The position numbers were made by a program, and so were the translations under genes. Below the pieces are notes generated by a model. That model made no database searches, was not told the origin of the DNA, and was given only the letters and a program-made list of their open reading frames with translations. Below are positions 46,686 through 54,816 of a DNA stretch of 64,000 bases, piece after piece. The stretch comes from Pirellulales bacterium (GTDB lineage: Bacteria > Planctomycetota > Planctomycetia > Pirellulales > JALHPA01): NCBI GenBank assembly GCA_033762255.1, contig JANRLT010000030.1, forward strand, positions 11,209 to 75,208, given 5' to 3'. Each line of letters starts with the position of its first letter. Within the stretch, counting starts at the first letter, position 1.

Positions 46686-48620
46686 ATGCCTCCATTTGTA
46701 ACCCTGTTTCGCCGGTGGGAACTATATCTTGTGGAGCTACCGCGGCGCTTTGCCATTTTGCCCGCGTTGATGATGATCGGCGTCACTTACCTGGTGCAAC
46801 TGCTGTTGTTTTGCTCGACGTACGAGACCAATGACGATGCCGTCATGAATCTCTTTGCCGCGGGGCAGGGACTGGCCACCGCGCCGGACGAGCATCTGGT
46901 CTTTACGCATCCTTGGATTGGCCACCTCCTAAAATTCCTCTACACTTGGCTGCCGCAATTTCCCTGGTATGGTTGGTACCTAATGGCGACACAAATCGCC
47001 GCCCATACCGCGCTGGCTAGCGTATTACTGACTGGAAATTCGCGGCGGCGGGCCTATGTGGCATTGGCCGTCTGGCAGTGGACGGTCGGCCTGCATCTGT
47101 TGACGCATTTGCAGTTTACCACCACCGCCGCGTTGGCCGGGCTAGCCGGCGTGCTGCTGGTCTGGACGGGACTGGGCCGGATCCAGAAATATCTTGCTCC
47201 CAAAATTCCCCCGCAACCACTTTCGTCGCCAGATCATCGAGCGCAGGACATCGCGACGAATTTTGCCAAAAGCGGTTTTTCCCCCGTTGCGGTTGTTTTA
47301 TATGACGCGCTCCCCTGGCTGGCCGCTGGATGGCTTTTTTGGTGTTGGGCCGTGATGATTCGCTGGTACACCCTAGAGATGTGGGTGGTGCTGGCCGCGC
47401 CTGTGGTGGCCTGCTGGCTGCTAATCCAACGCGCACGCCCAACCACCTGGGCCGTGGCGGCGGCAGTTGGAGTGTTATTTGGCGGGAGTGGCGTTGCGTT
47501 GCGGCAAATCCATATCGACTATTACCACAATGACCCCGCCTGGGCGGGATTTTTTGAGTACAACGAACTGCGGGCACAATTTAATGATTTGCTGGCCGTG
47601 CGTTATACCCCCGAATCGGCGGCCAGCTTTCATGACGCGGGGTGGAGTTTGAATGACCTGAATATGATTGTGACCTGGTGTTATGATGATCCGCGGGTCT
47701 TTTCCACTGAGAAACTACGGCAAATTTATCACAGCCGCAATTGGCAGGTTGAACGGTTGGGTTTGCCAGATTTGCCAAGATCGTTAGAACCATTATGGCT
47801 CGATCGACGGATCTGGACGCTAGTGGTGTTGCTAGCGGGCGTATTGGTATTTTTGGCCTGGGAGGACCAGCAACGGTTGTTGACGGCGCTGGCGGCGATT
47901 GTGGTGGCGGGAGCTTTGATCGGGGGACTGACACTTTTGCGCAAGACGCCTCCGCGACGGGTCTATTACCCGATAGCCGTTTGGCCGCTGGCTGCGGCGG
48001 GATGGCTGGCATCACGACGCAAAGCAACGGATGATTTACAAACAGAGGGCGTGGGGACACAATTTGGCACCCCGTTGACAAAGGCCGGAACTGCCAATGC
48101 TGGTTGGGCACCATGGCTAGCGGGGGGGGCCGCGACGCTCTGGCTGGCGGGGGCTATCTTGCCCGAGGTCTACCAGCAATACGCGTATAGCCGGCGGCAA
48201 CTGGATTTATCTCGCGAGTTCAAAAACGACCTGGCGGCATTAAATTTTCAATCGGACCAGTTGTATGTGTTTTGGGGGGCGCAGGTGCCGCTGGATTTAT
48301 TGCGGCCGACGGACAATCTGCAATGGCTAGGAAATTTACGAGCGATCATGCTGGGCTGGTCGCAACAGACCCCTTTGCATGCACAAATGAAAGCAAAATT
48401 TGGAGTAAAGAATTTACTCGCGGAATGGACGGACCACCCCCAGGTGCGTGTAATTTGTTATCCTACATGCTGCGAGTTATTCGCAAATTACGCCTGGCAG
48501 CATGATCGCCAGGCGGTGGGATATCGCCCACTGGCGGATTTTCGGGGAAATATCATTGTACGGTTTGAAACCGTGCGAGAGGTGACTGACAAACCCGTGG
48601 ATTATCAACCCCCCCGGTAA
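46686..48620 (+). CDS. Large polytopic membrane protein, possibly a GT-C-fold glycosyltransferase
   Basis: 644 aa with at least 10 hydrophobic helices. An acidic YETNDDAV motif sits in the first extracytoplasmic loop, and the C-terminal ~200 aa are soluble. The family assignment is inference only. Confidence 0.55.
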   Translation: MPPFVTLFRRWELYLVELPRRFAILPALMMIGVTYLVQLLLFCSTYETNDDAVMNLFAAGQGLATAPDEHLVFTHPWIGHLLKFLYTWLPQFPWYGWYLMATQIAAHTALASVLLTGNSRRRAYVALAVWQWTVGLHLLTHLQFTTTAALAGLAGVLLVWTGLGRIQKYLAPKIPPQPLSSPDHRAQDIATNFAKSGFSPVAVVLYDALPWLAAGWLFWCWAVMIRWYTLEMWVVLAAPVVACWLLIQRARPTTWAVAAAVGVLFGGSGVALRQIHIDYYHNDPAWAGFFEYNELRAQFNDLLAVRYTPESAASFHDAGWSLNDLNMIVTWCYDDPRVFSTEKLRQIYHSRNWQVERLGLPDLPRSLEPLWLDRRIWTLVVLLAGVLVFLAWEDQQRLLTALAAIVVAGALIGGLTLLRKTPPRRVYYPIAVWPLAAAGWLASRRKATDDLQTEGVGTQFGTPLTKAGTANAGWAPWLAGGAATLWLAGAILPEVYQQYAYSRRQLDLSREFKNDLAALNFQSDQLYVFWGAQVPLDLLRPTDNLQWLGNLRAIMLGWSQQTPLHAQMKAKFGVKNLLAEWTDHPQVRVICYPTCCELFANYAWQHDRQAVGYRPLADFRGNIIVRFETVREVTDKPVDYQPPR

Positions 48621-48768
48621 TTTTTAGTACCTCCTCGCAACAAATTCCTCCCACTTCCGGGGGCGCGCCGCGGCGTGACCCCCCCTACCCTGTGTCTGTC
48701 GCCTATCATCTCCTGCCTCCCGACTCTATTCTCTCAACTCCAGTCTCGAATCTTCCGTCTCCCTACCC

Positions 48769-49707
48769 ATGTTCCTCCTGCCCGATAAGTTGATCAACCG
48801 TTTTCGCGCCGCTGGCCAAGAAAAGTTCCGGCTGCGGGATTATGTCACAGAGTTGCCTGCGGAACGGATCGCCAAAGAACTGGGCCCCGAAGCGATCGCC
48901 GATAAAGGTGAAAAACTACTGGAGACAAGTCGGCAGCGGCTAAGCAAAGCCCAGGAGTTATTGTATGCCGCCGACAGCTATGCGGTGCTGTTGATCTTTC
49001 AGGCGTTGGATGCCGCGGGGAAGGATGGCACGATCAAGCACGTCATGTCGGGCGTAAATCCCCAAGGCTGCCAGGTGACCAGTTTTAAGCAGCCGTCGCA
49101 TTTAGAGCTAGATCACGATTTTTTGTGGCGGTGCAACGCGGCCCTGCCCGAACGGGGGCGAATCGGCATATTTAACCGTTCTTATTATGAAGAGGTATTG
49201 GTGGTGCGGGTTCACCCCGAATTATTGGCCAATCAAAAACTTCCGCCCCCGGCGCAGGGACAAAAACCGTCTTCCGGAAAACGGGAAGAATCGTTCTGGC
49301 GCGAACGGTATGATTCCATTAATAATTTTGAACGGCATTTAACCAATAACGGCACGGTGATTCTTAAATTCTTTTTGTATTTGTCCAAATCGGAACAAAA
49401 ACGCCGCTTCCTGGAACGCCTGGACGAACCACACAAAAATTGGAAATTTTCGGCGGGAGATTTGGTTGAGCGGGGGCGTTGGGATGATTATTTGTCAGCT
49501 TATGAAAAAGCCATAGCCGCCACCAGCAGCGAATATGCTCCCTGGTATGTCATCCCCGCCGATACTAAATGGCTGATGCGCGTGCTGGTGGCCGATATCG
49601 TCGCTAGCACCATTCACGGCCTGAATCTCAGTTATCCGCAATTAACCCCGGCGGAATTGGCTAAATTTGCCGAGTACCGGCAGCAGTTATTGAGCGAGCC
49701 GGAATAA
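48769..49707 (+). CDS. Polyphosphate kinase 2 family phosphotransferase
   Basis: The FQALDAAGKDGTIKHV Walker A context, FNRSYYEEV, and the lid region PWYVIPADTKW. Confidence 0.85.
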   Translation: MFLLPDKLINRFRAAGQEKFRLRDYVTELPAERIAKELGPEAIADKGEKLLETSRQRLSKAQELLYAADSYAVLLIFQALDAAGKDGTIKHVMSGVNPQGCQVTSFKQPSHLELDHDFLWRCNAALPERGRIGIFNRSYYEEVLVVRVHPELLANQKLPPPAQGQKPSSGKREESFWRERYDSINNFERHLTNNGTVILKFFLYLSKSEQKRRFLERLDEPHKNWKFSAGDLVERGRWDDYLSAYEKAIAATSSEYAPWYVIPADTKWLMRVLVADIVASTIHGLNLSYPQLTPAELAKFAEYRQQLLSEPE

Positions 49708-49748
49708 CAAAAGGGTTCATTTATAGAAGAGCTAGTACAGCCGGATTT

Positions 49749-49860
49749 TATCACGGAGTAGCAGAGCAATTCACGGAGCGGCACGGAGACGGGCCAAAAA
49801 GACTAGAACACAGATTTTGCGGATCGGACTGTTTTTCACGGATCAGCGATTTGAAATGCG
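49749..49860. repeat. CACGGAG-rich repeat modules related to the MITE-like element at 32927-33219
   Basis: TATCACGGAGTAGCAGAGCAATTCACGGAGCGGCACGGAG, followed by GAACACAGAT...GGATCGGACT...CACGGATCAG. The last three words also occur, reverse-complemented, at 33091-33133. Confidence 0.65.
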
Positions 49861-49922
49861 GTCCAATGGCGTTTGATATGCGGCGTTTGATCCTTTGAGG
49901 ACCACCGGTTATTTGTTGCTTT

Positions 49923-50056
49923 GTGGGCCAAAGGCCCAACCTATCCCAGCCTAGGGCAAGCGCAGCGTCGCCCTAGGTTCATAGGAAGGAATTTAGGGAA
50001 GGGCCAACGGCCCGATTCATATTCTTGCCACTCTTGGTTTACGGACTGAAGCCCGT
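49923..50056 (+). repeat. Composite interspersed repeat (modules 1-2-3), second copy
   Basis: GTGGGCCAAAGGCCCAACCTATCCCAGCCTAGGGCAAGCGCAGCGTCGCCCTAGGTTC, GGGCCAACGGCCCGATTCAT (50001-50020), ACGGACTGAAGCCCGT (50041-50056). Confidence 0.9.
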
Positions 50057-50186
50057 ATCAAGTTTCAATATTGAATAGCCTTGGCAAAAAAAGAATTACC
50101 GATTCGCGAATCAGAACCGGATTTCAGGGATCGATATGCTAGCGCGGAATTCGCTACTCTTTAAACTGCTAATAGAAAACTGCCAC

Positions 50187-50260
50187 TACACCCGGCGGGG
50201 GTCGAACCCACAACCTTCGGCTTCGGAGGCCGACACTCTATCCAATTGAGCTACGGGTGC
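50187..50260 (-). tRNA. tRNA-Arg (anticodon CCG)
   Basis: Hand-folded 74-nt cloverleaf. Acceptor GCACCCG/CGGGTGT (G1-U72 wobble), D stem GCTC/GAGT, anticodon stem TCGGC/GCCGA with loop CTCCGAA, T arm GTGGG-TTCGACC-CCCGC, discriminator A. CCA is not encoded. Confidence 0.9.
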
Positions 50261-50373
50261 ATCGATTTCCTGTCCAAACCGTAGTTTAGCATTTTTACCC
50301 GCCGGAGTGAACAACCACCAAGGGGGAATTTTCGCAACTCTCCCGTGGATTTATCCAGTTGATGTAGAGTCGG

Positions 50374-52194
50374 TTAGATTTCCCGTAAATAGTGCAATAA
50401 CCCCTGATCCCGCGCACCACGTCTGCCAGCGGGCTCAAACACCTGACTTTCCCTGGCTAGGGACTCGGCCAGGTCACATTCCAAAAATCGGGCCAGACCG
50501 AGCCGACAGAGGTTTTCTGACTCGGAATTATTGGAGTTCTGCACGCTGGCTGACACACTCCCGCGCGTCCCGCTGGCAACCGCGCGGGTGCCAGCACTGA
50601 CAGAGCCGTTGACGCTGGCCGCGGTGTAGGGATCCGCAGCGGCGTAGTTTACCGAATAGCCCAAATCCGCCAAGGCCCCCACCGTGATCCGGCTGATCGG
50701 CAAAAAACTCCCCGGTCCGGCATAACCGGTCATCACTTCATTCCCCAAGATCGAATCCCGCCAGTGAGAATCGCGGGTGCCAGAACCGCCGGTGTTTTCG
50801 ACCGGGACGCCAGTTTCGTTTCGTCCAAAAATTTGATTGTACGCGGTCAAGGCATTCGTCCCGACATACCGGGGATTGGACGTCCCCGCCCCGGTCAACA
50901 ACCCCCGCGACGACCACATTGTGCCCAGGCCCAAAATATGGGCGATCTCGTGTTCCACCACCGATTGCAGCGACCCATTCCGTTCCATCGACGCCAAATC
51001 CGCGGTATCAAACCGCATAATGCCGTGATATGGCAATCCGCCGCCGCTGCGAAAACGGTCTGGCCCGGCCTCCCCCAGCACCCCCCCAGCCCCGTCGATG
51101 CTGGTCGCGCTGGCGTCAATTAGCAGGTCATCCACCACACGTCCATTATAGGTGGCATTGGGCAGGTCGCCGGTGATCACATTTTGCCAGCGATTGGCGG
51201 CGTTGCGGAAAATTTGCTGCTGGCTCACGGTCTGGCCGGTCATGTTCAATTCGATGGTGTAACCAGAGACCGGCGTAATTGGGGTAAAGACGGAGATCGC
51301 CTCCAGGTCCTGAGCAAGGCCAATTTGGCCAAAATTGTTGGCCTCATTCGTTTCCGCCACGGTGTTGGCCCCGTCGGTCCGCATCACCAGATAAAAAAAC
51401 GTCCCGCTAAAGCCGGTGGGAAGCGTACCGGGCAACTGCAACGTGGCGTTGATCGTGCTAGAGGTACCCCCCGCGGCCAGGGAGTTAACTGTCACGGTCG
51501 TGCCGCCGGTGGACAGATTTAGCAAAATGTCATCGCTCGATCCCAAATGGTCCCGCGACAAATACCACTGCACGCCAAACGGCCCGCTGGCCCCCGTGCC
51601 GCTATTTTTAATCGCGGCCGAGACATTCACCGTTTGGCCCCAATAGCCCAGGTCCCCCGCGTTAAAGACCGCGCCGCTCAGGTCGCGCGTCCCGGTTGGA
51701 ATGGGTGTGCTGGAATTGGCCTGGATGCCCATGGTATAACTTGGGTTTGTGACCCCTCGATAACCATAGACCCGCACATAATAGGTTCCCGCCGCGCGAT
51801 TGGCCAAAGAGAGCGTTTCGCTATTTCCCACACCGGTGGAAGAGGTCAATAACCGTCCGTTGGCGTCGTACAATGCGGCATCCAAATCCCCCTGGGCATG
51901 GCTAAAATTCAGCGTGACGCGGCTATTGCTGGTTCCCGTGGCGGTGGTGGAGAATTTGTACCAATCGTTGCTGTCCGCCATGACCAGGCCGGTAAGCGTG
52001 GTGGAACTTACGGTTCCGAGCGCCGTGGCCGCGCCGCGGGTGTCGTTCTCTTCGTATCGATCATCGGCCAGGGCCGCCACCAGGGGGGTGCCGGTCGGCA
52101 GGCCGTGCAAATACGCTCGGGGTTCGAGGTTTTCAAACCGGCAATGGCGGGTGTGCGCGCGCACCTTCCCCACTTTAGATAATAGCTGCCGCAT
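50374..52194 (-). CDS. Secreted multidomain zinc metalloprotease (metzincin/leishmanolysin-like catalytic domain)
   Basis: ATG at 52194 gives MRQLLSKVGKVRAHTRHCRFENLEPRAYL. A PPC-like domain follows (DDRYEENDTRGAA...NDWYKF...GTYYVRVYGY), then a CARDB-like segment, then VVEHEIAHILGLG (HExxHxxG). The track start at 52296 is GTG. Confidence 0.7.
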   Translation of the reverse strand: MRQLLSKVGKVRAHTRHCRFENLEPRAYLHGLPTGTPLVAALADDRYEENDTRGAATALGTVSSTTLTGLVMADSNDWYKFSTTATGTSNSRVTLNFSHAQGDLDAALYDANGRLLTSSTGVGNSETLSLANRAAGTYYVRVYGYRGVTNPSYTMGIQANSSTPIPTGTRDLSGAVFNAGDLGYWGQTVNVSAAIKNSGTGASGPFGVQWYLSRDHLGSSDDILLNLSTGGTTVTVNSLAAGGTSSTINATLQLPGTLPTGFSGTFFYLVMRTDGANTVAETNEANNFGQIGLAQDLEAISVFTPITPVSGYTIELNMTGQTVSQQQIFRNAANRWQNVITGDLPNATYNGRVVDDLLIDASATSIDGAGGVLGEAGPDRFRSGGGLPYHGIMRFDTADLASMERNGSLQSVVEHEIAHILGLGTMWSSRGLLTGAGTSNPRYVGTNALTAYNQIFGRNETGVPVENTGGSGTRDSHWRDSILGNEVMTGYAGPGSFLPISRITVGALADLGYSVNYAAADPYTAASVNGSVSAGTRAVASGTRGSVSASVQNSNNSESENLCRLGLARFLECDLAESLARESQVFEPAGRRGARDQGLLHYLREI

Positions 52195-52458
52195 GGGTCT
52201 GTTCCTTAGTATGAGCGAGCAATACAACGTGGCGGCGCCTTGCCTAAGAAACCCGCCATGAGGTGGAATTTGCCGGTGCTTCCCTCCATCATCCACGGCT
52301 TAACGAATCACCGCGACGACATTTGATCGGCAAGATCCAGAATGTCCACAACCTCCGTTAAGAAGATGAACAGGTCTTATTTTTTAGCTTGCCGAAGCCA
52401 ATTGCAAGAGAATTTGGCGGATCTTTCTGGTTTATTCCCTACCAAGAAAATCCAACCG

Positions 52459-53178
52459 TCAGGCCGTCAAAACCAGCGCGGAATTCGCAAAATGGTCGCG
52501 CTGGGCTAAAATAAGTTGACGATCAACCCCCGCCGCAAACCACCCCGCCCACAATCGAGCGCGCAGGATGACCCCTTTTTCCAGATTATTGACAAAGAGC
52601 GGTTGACGCATGACAACCGTCCCTGCCAACCCCCCGGCGCTGGTCGCTAGCACTTCCGCCGGCGTGAGTTCTTTGTCCCTGGTCCAATAAGAATGGGCCT
52701 GAAAAAAATCCAAGGGGTGGGCCAACTGCACATAAGTCCCCGCCGCTTGTTCGCAAATAGTCATGCCATCCGTCTGGTAACATCCGAGCGTCGCGGGTAG
52801 CACCGTCTCCAGTGTAATCCGCGGGTCGCTATGCCACTGCGGCGTATTGACGGAGATGATCAACTCGCAAGCCGCCTGCAGTCCCGCGGGCAGTTCGCGC
52901 TGGAGCCGCCAGTTTAACTGCAGGCGATTAGGCCGCATGGGCGTGCTGGCATAATTCACGATCAAATCCGCTTCGCGCACATAAGCGTCAATCTCGGCCG
53001 GGGGGACATGATCCAGACTAGGACAATCTTGAATTTGGAAGAAACCCGCCCCCTCGAGCGCGGGATGCGTGACCCGCACGCCCCGGTCGGGCTGGCACAA
53101 ATCCAGCGTCCCCCGCGAAAATGAAAATTGTGTGGTGGCCGTCGTGCCGGCCAGTTGCCAAGCCAAGGGATGATACAT
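52459..53178 (-). CDS. Hypothetical protein
   Basis: Long ORF with GC-rich codon usage similar to its neighbours. No motif recognised. The track start at 53196 is TTG; ATG at 53178. Confidence 0.45.
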   Translation of the reverse strand: MYHPLAWQLAGTTATTQFSFSRGTLDLCQPDRGVRVTHPALEGAGFFQIQDCPSLDHVPPAEIDAYVREADLIVNYASTPMRPNRLQLNWRLQRELPAGLQAACELIISVNTPQWHSDPRITLETVLPATLGCYQTDGMTICEQAAGTYVQLAHPLDFFQAHSYWTRDKELTPAEVLATSAGGLAGTVVMRQPLFVNNLEKGVILRARLWAGWFAAGVDRQLILAQRDHFANSALVLTA

Positions 53179-53379
53179 GGTGGATGCAAAGGACAAATGG
53201 AAAACTGTCGCGTCGAGTTGCGCATTAGCCTAAAGCAGCGCACGCCGTTCTCCTAGCCCCGCTGGCATGCTCATTCACAAAAGTCTCGCGGTTAAACTCT
53301 AAAGAATGAACCGCGCGCTTACAAAGAATCTTCCAATAGCTGAAAGGAGCGCTCGTGAGTCTATGACAGCTTTTACCAA

Positions 53380-53417
53380 ATAAAAAACCCCATCGCTCAC
53401 TTGCGTAAACGATGGGG
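53380..53417 (-). terminator. Intrinsic terminator-like hairpin plus U-tract (minus strand)
   Basis: The minus strand reads CCCCATCG-TTTACGCAAGTGAG-CGATGGGG followed by TTTTTTA. It lies in a 557-bp gene-free interval. Confidence 0.6.
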
Positions 53418-53735
53418 CCGGAACAGAGAAGAGGCCGAATGTCTGTCGTACTGCTCCTGGGATGAAAAAATGATGCCTGCAACCTTCAAATAAATTGGCC
53501 CGCGTTCTCCCTGTATTTTATAGACCACACGGCCACTGTCCACACAATTTCCTAAAATTTTCCACTCTTTTTTCTCACACGCCTCCACCCGCAAACTTTA
53601 ACATCCCACGGGGAGGGGTGATTTTTAATTTCTTATGAATCGCCGCTAAAACTGTGAACTCCGGGCGAAAATGCGGGACAAAGATGTTAAAATAACCACC
53701 ATGGGCCGGATAATTCACATTTCCTAGGGATTTCC

Positions 53736-54518
53736 ATGGTGGAATTTGTCGAAGTCGCACAGCGTGCCGCGCGGGCGGGAGGTCAGGTCTTGCTCGATTG
53801 GCAAGGACGCTTTCAGGTACGGGAGAAAGGCCCCTCGGACCTGGTCACCGAGGCGGACCTAGCCTCGCAAAATGCCATTCGCAGCGTGATTTTAGCCAGT
53901 TTTCCCAATCATGACGTGCTCGGAGAAGAAGACCAAGCACCCACGGAGCGGACCTCTCCCTATCGCTGGATTGTCGATCCCCTGGATGGCACGACTAACT
54001 ACGTCCATCGTGTGCCGCACTATTGCGTATCCGTTGCATTGGAAAAAGAAGGTCAGGTTCAATCGGGTTGCATCTATGACCCGATCTCGCGGGAATGCTT
54101 TACCGCCAGCCGGGGTGGCGGAGCATATCTCAATGGCAAAACGATCCGCGCGAGTGGGACGACGGAACTGGCCCAGGCGCTTATTGCCGTGGGCTTTCCG
54201 GCCAAGGTGCAGCCCGGCAGCCGCGAGATCACCGACCTGGGCCAGATCTTGACCCATTGCCAGGCGGTGCGGCGCACTGGCTCGGCGGCGCTCAACCTGG
54301 CGTATGTGGCGTGTGGTCGATTTGACGCGTATTGGGCACGCGAGACCAAGGCCTGGGACGTGGCGGCGGGGCTGCTGCTGGTGCAAGAGGCGGGGGGCGT
54401 GATTACCGGCTTTGACGGCGGCCCGCCGCGCCTGGATAAGCCCCGGTACGTGGCGTGCGGCACCGCTGCCTTGCACGAAGAAGTGATGCGGATTGCCTAT
54501 GATGCGGGGTTGGCGTAG
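53736..54518 (+). CDS. suhB: Inositol monophosphatase family protein
   Basis: LVTEADLASQ, WIVDPLDGTTNYVH, and the WDVAAG motifs. Confidence 0.85.
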   Translation: MVEFVEVAQRAARAGGQVLLDWQGRFQVREKGPSDLVTEADLASQNAIRSVILASFPNHDVLGEEDQAPTERTSPYRWIVDPLDGTTNYVHRVPHYCVSVALEKEGQVQSGCIYDPISRECFTASRGGGAYLNGKTIRASGTTELAQALIAVGFPAKVQPGSREITDLGQILTHCQAVRRTGSAALNLAYVACGRFDAYWARETKAWDVAAGLLLVQEAGGVITGFDGGPPRLDKPRYVACGTAALHEEVMRIAYDAGLA

Positions 54519-54590
54519 GGTAGAAACGGTAATTTAGTGTTTATTTGTAATGCCAATGGTTAGCGGGTAACCTCGGTCATTCACCGGGTA

Positions 54591-54650
54591 CAGGGTAGCC
54601 AAGGAACTTGTTCCTTGGCCGCGCAGCGGTAGGTAGCACGCGCAGCGGCA
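54591..54650. repeat. Palindromic repeat family CAGGGTAGCC / GGAACTTGTTCC / GCGCAGCGGTAGG
   Basis: CAGGGTAGCCAAGGAACTTGTTCCTTGGCCGCGCAGCGGTAGG plus TAGCACGCGCAGCGGCA. A close relative lies at 59668-59707. Confidence 0.75.
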
Positions 54651-54816
54651 AAAAGCCTTTCTTTCAATCTTTACGCTCCACCAATTGGGCTTTCTTGTGA
54701 TGCGCACACTTGAACAAGTTTCAGTGTCCCCGCAATACTCATGGGCCTCGTCGCAATCATTTCCGCCCGTCCTAGTGCCTAGTTCGGTTATCGCGGTGAT
54801 CCCGACATTTAAACCA

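Noticed and set aside
49708-50186. Genomic island integrated at the 3' end of tRNA-Arg.
   Set aside because: The flank consists only of short repeat modules. I saw no integrase, no direct repeat of the tRNA 3' end and no compositional shift. The next genes (PPK2, membrane protein) have backbone-like composition.
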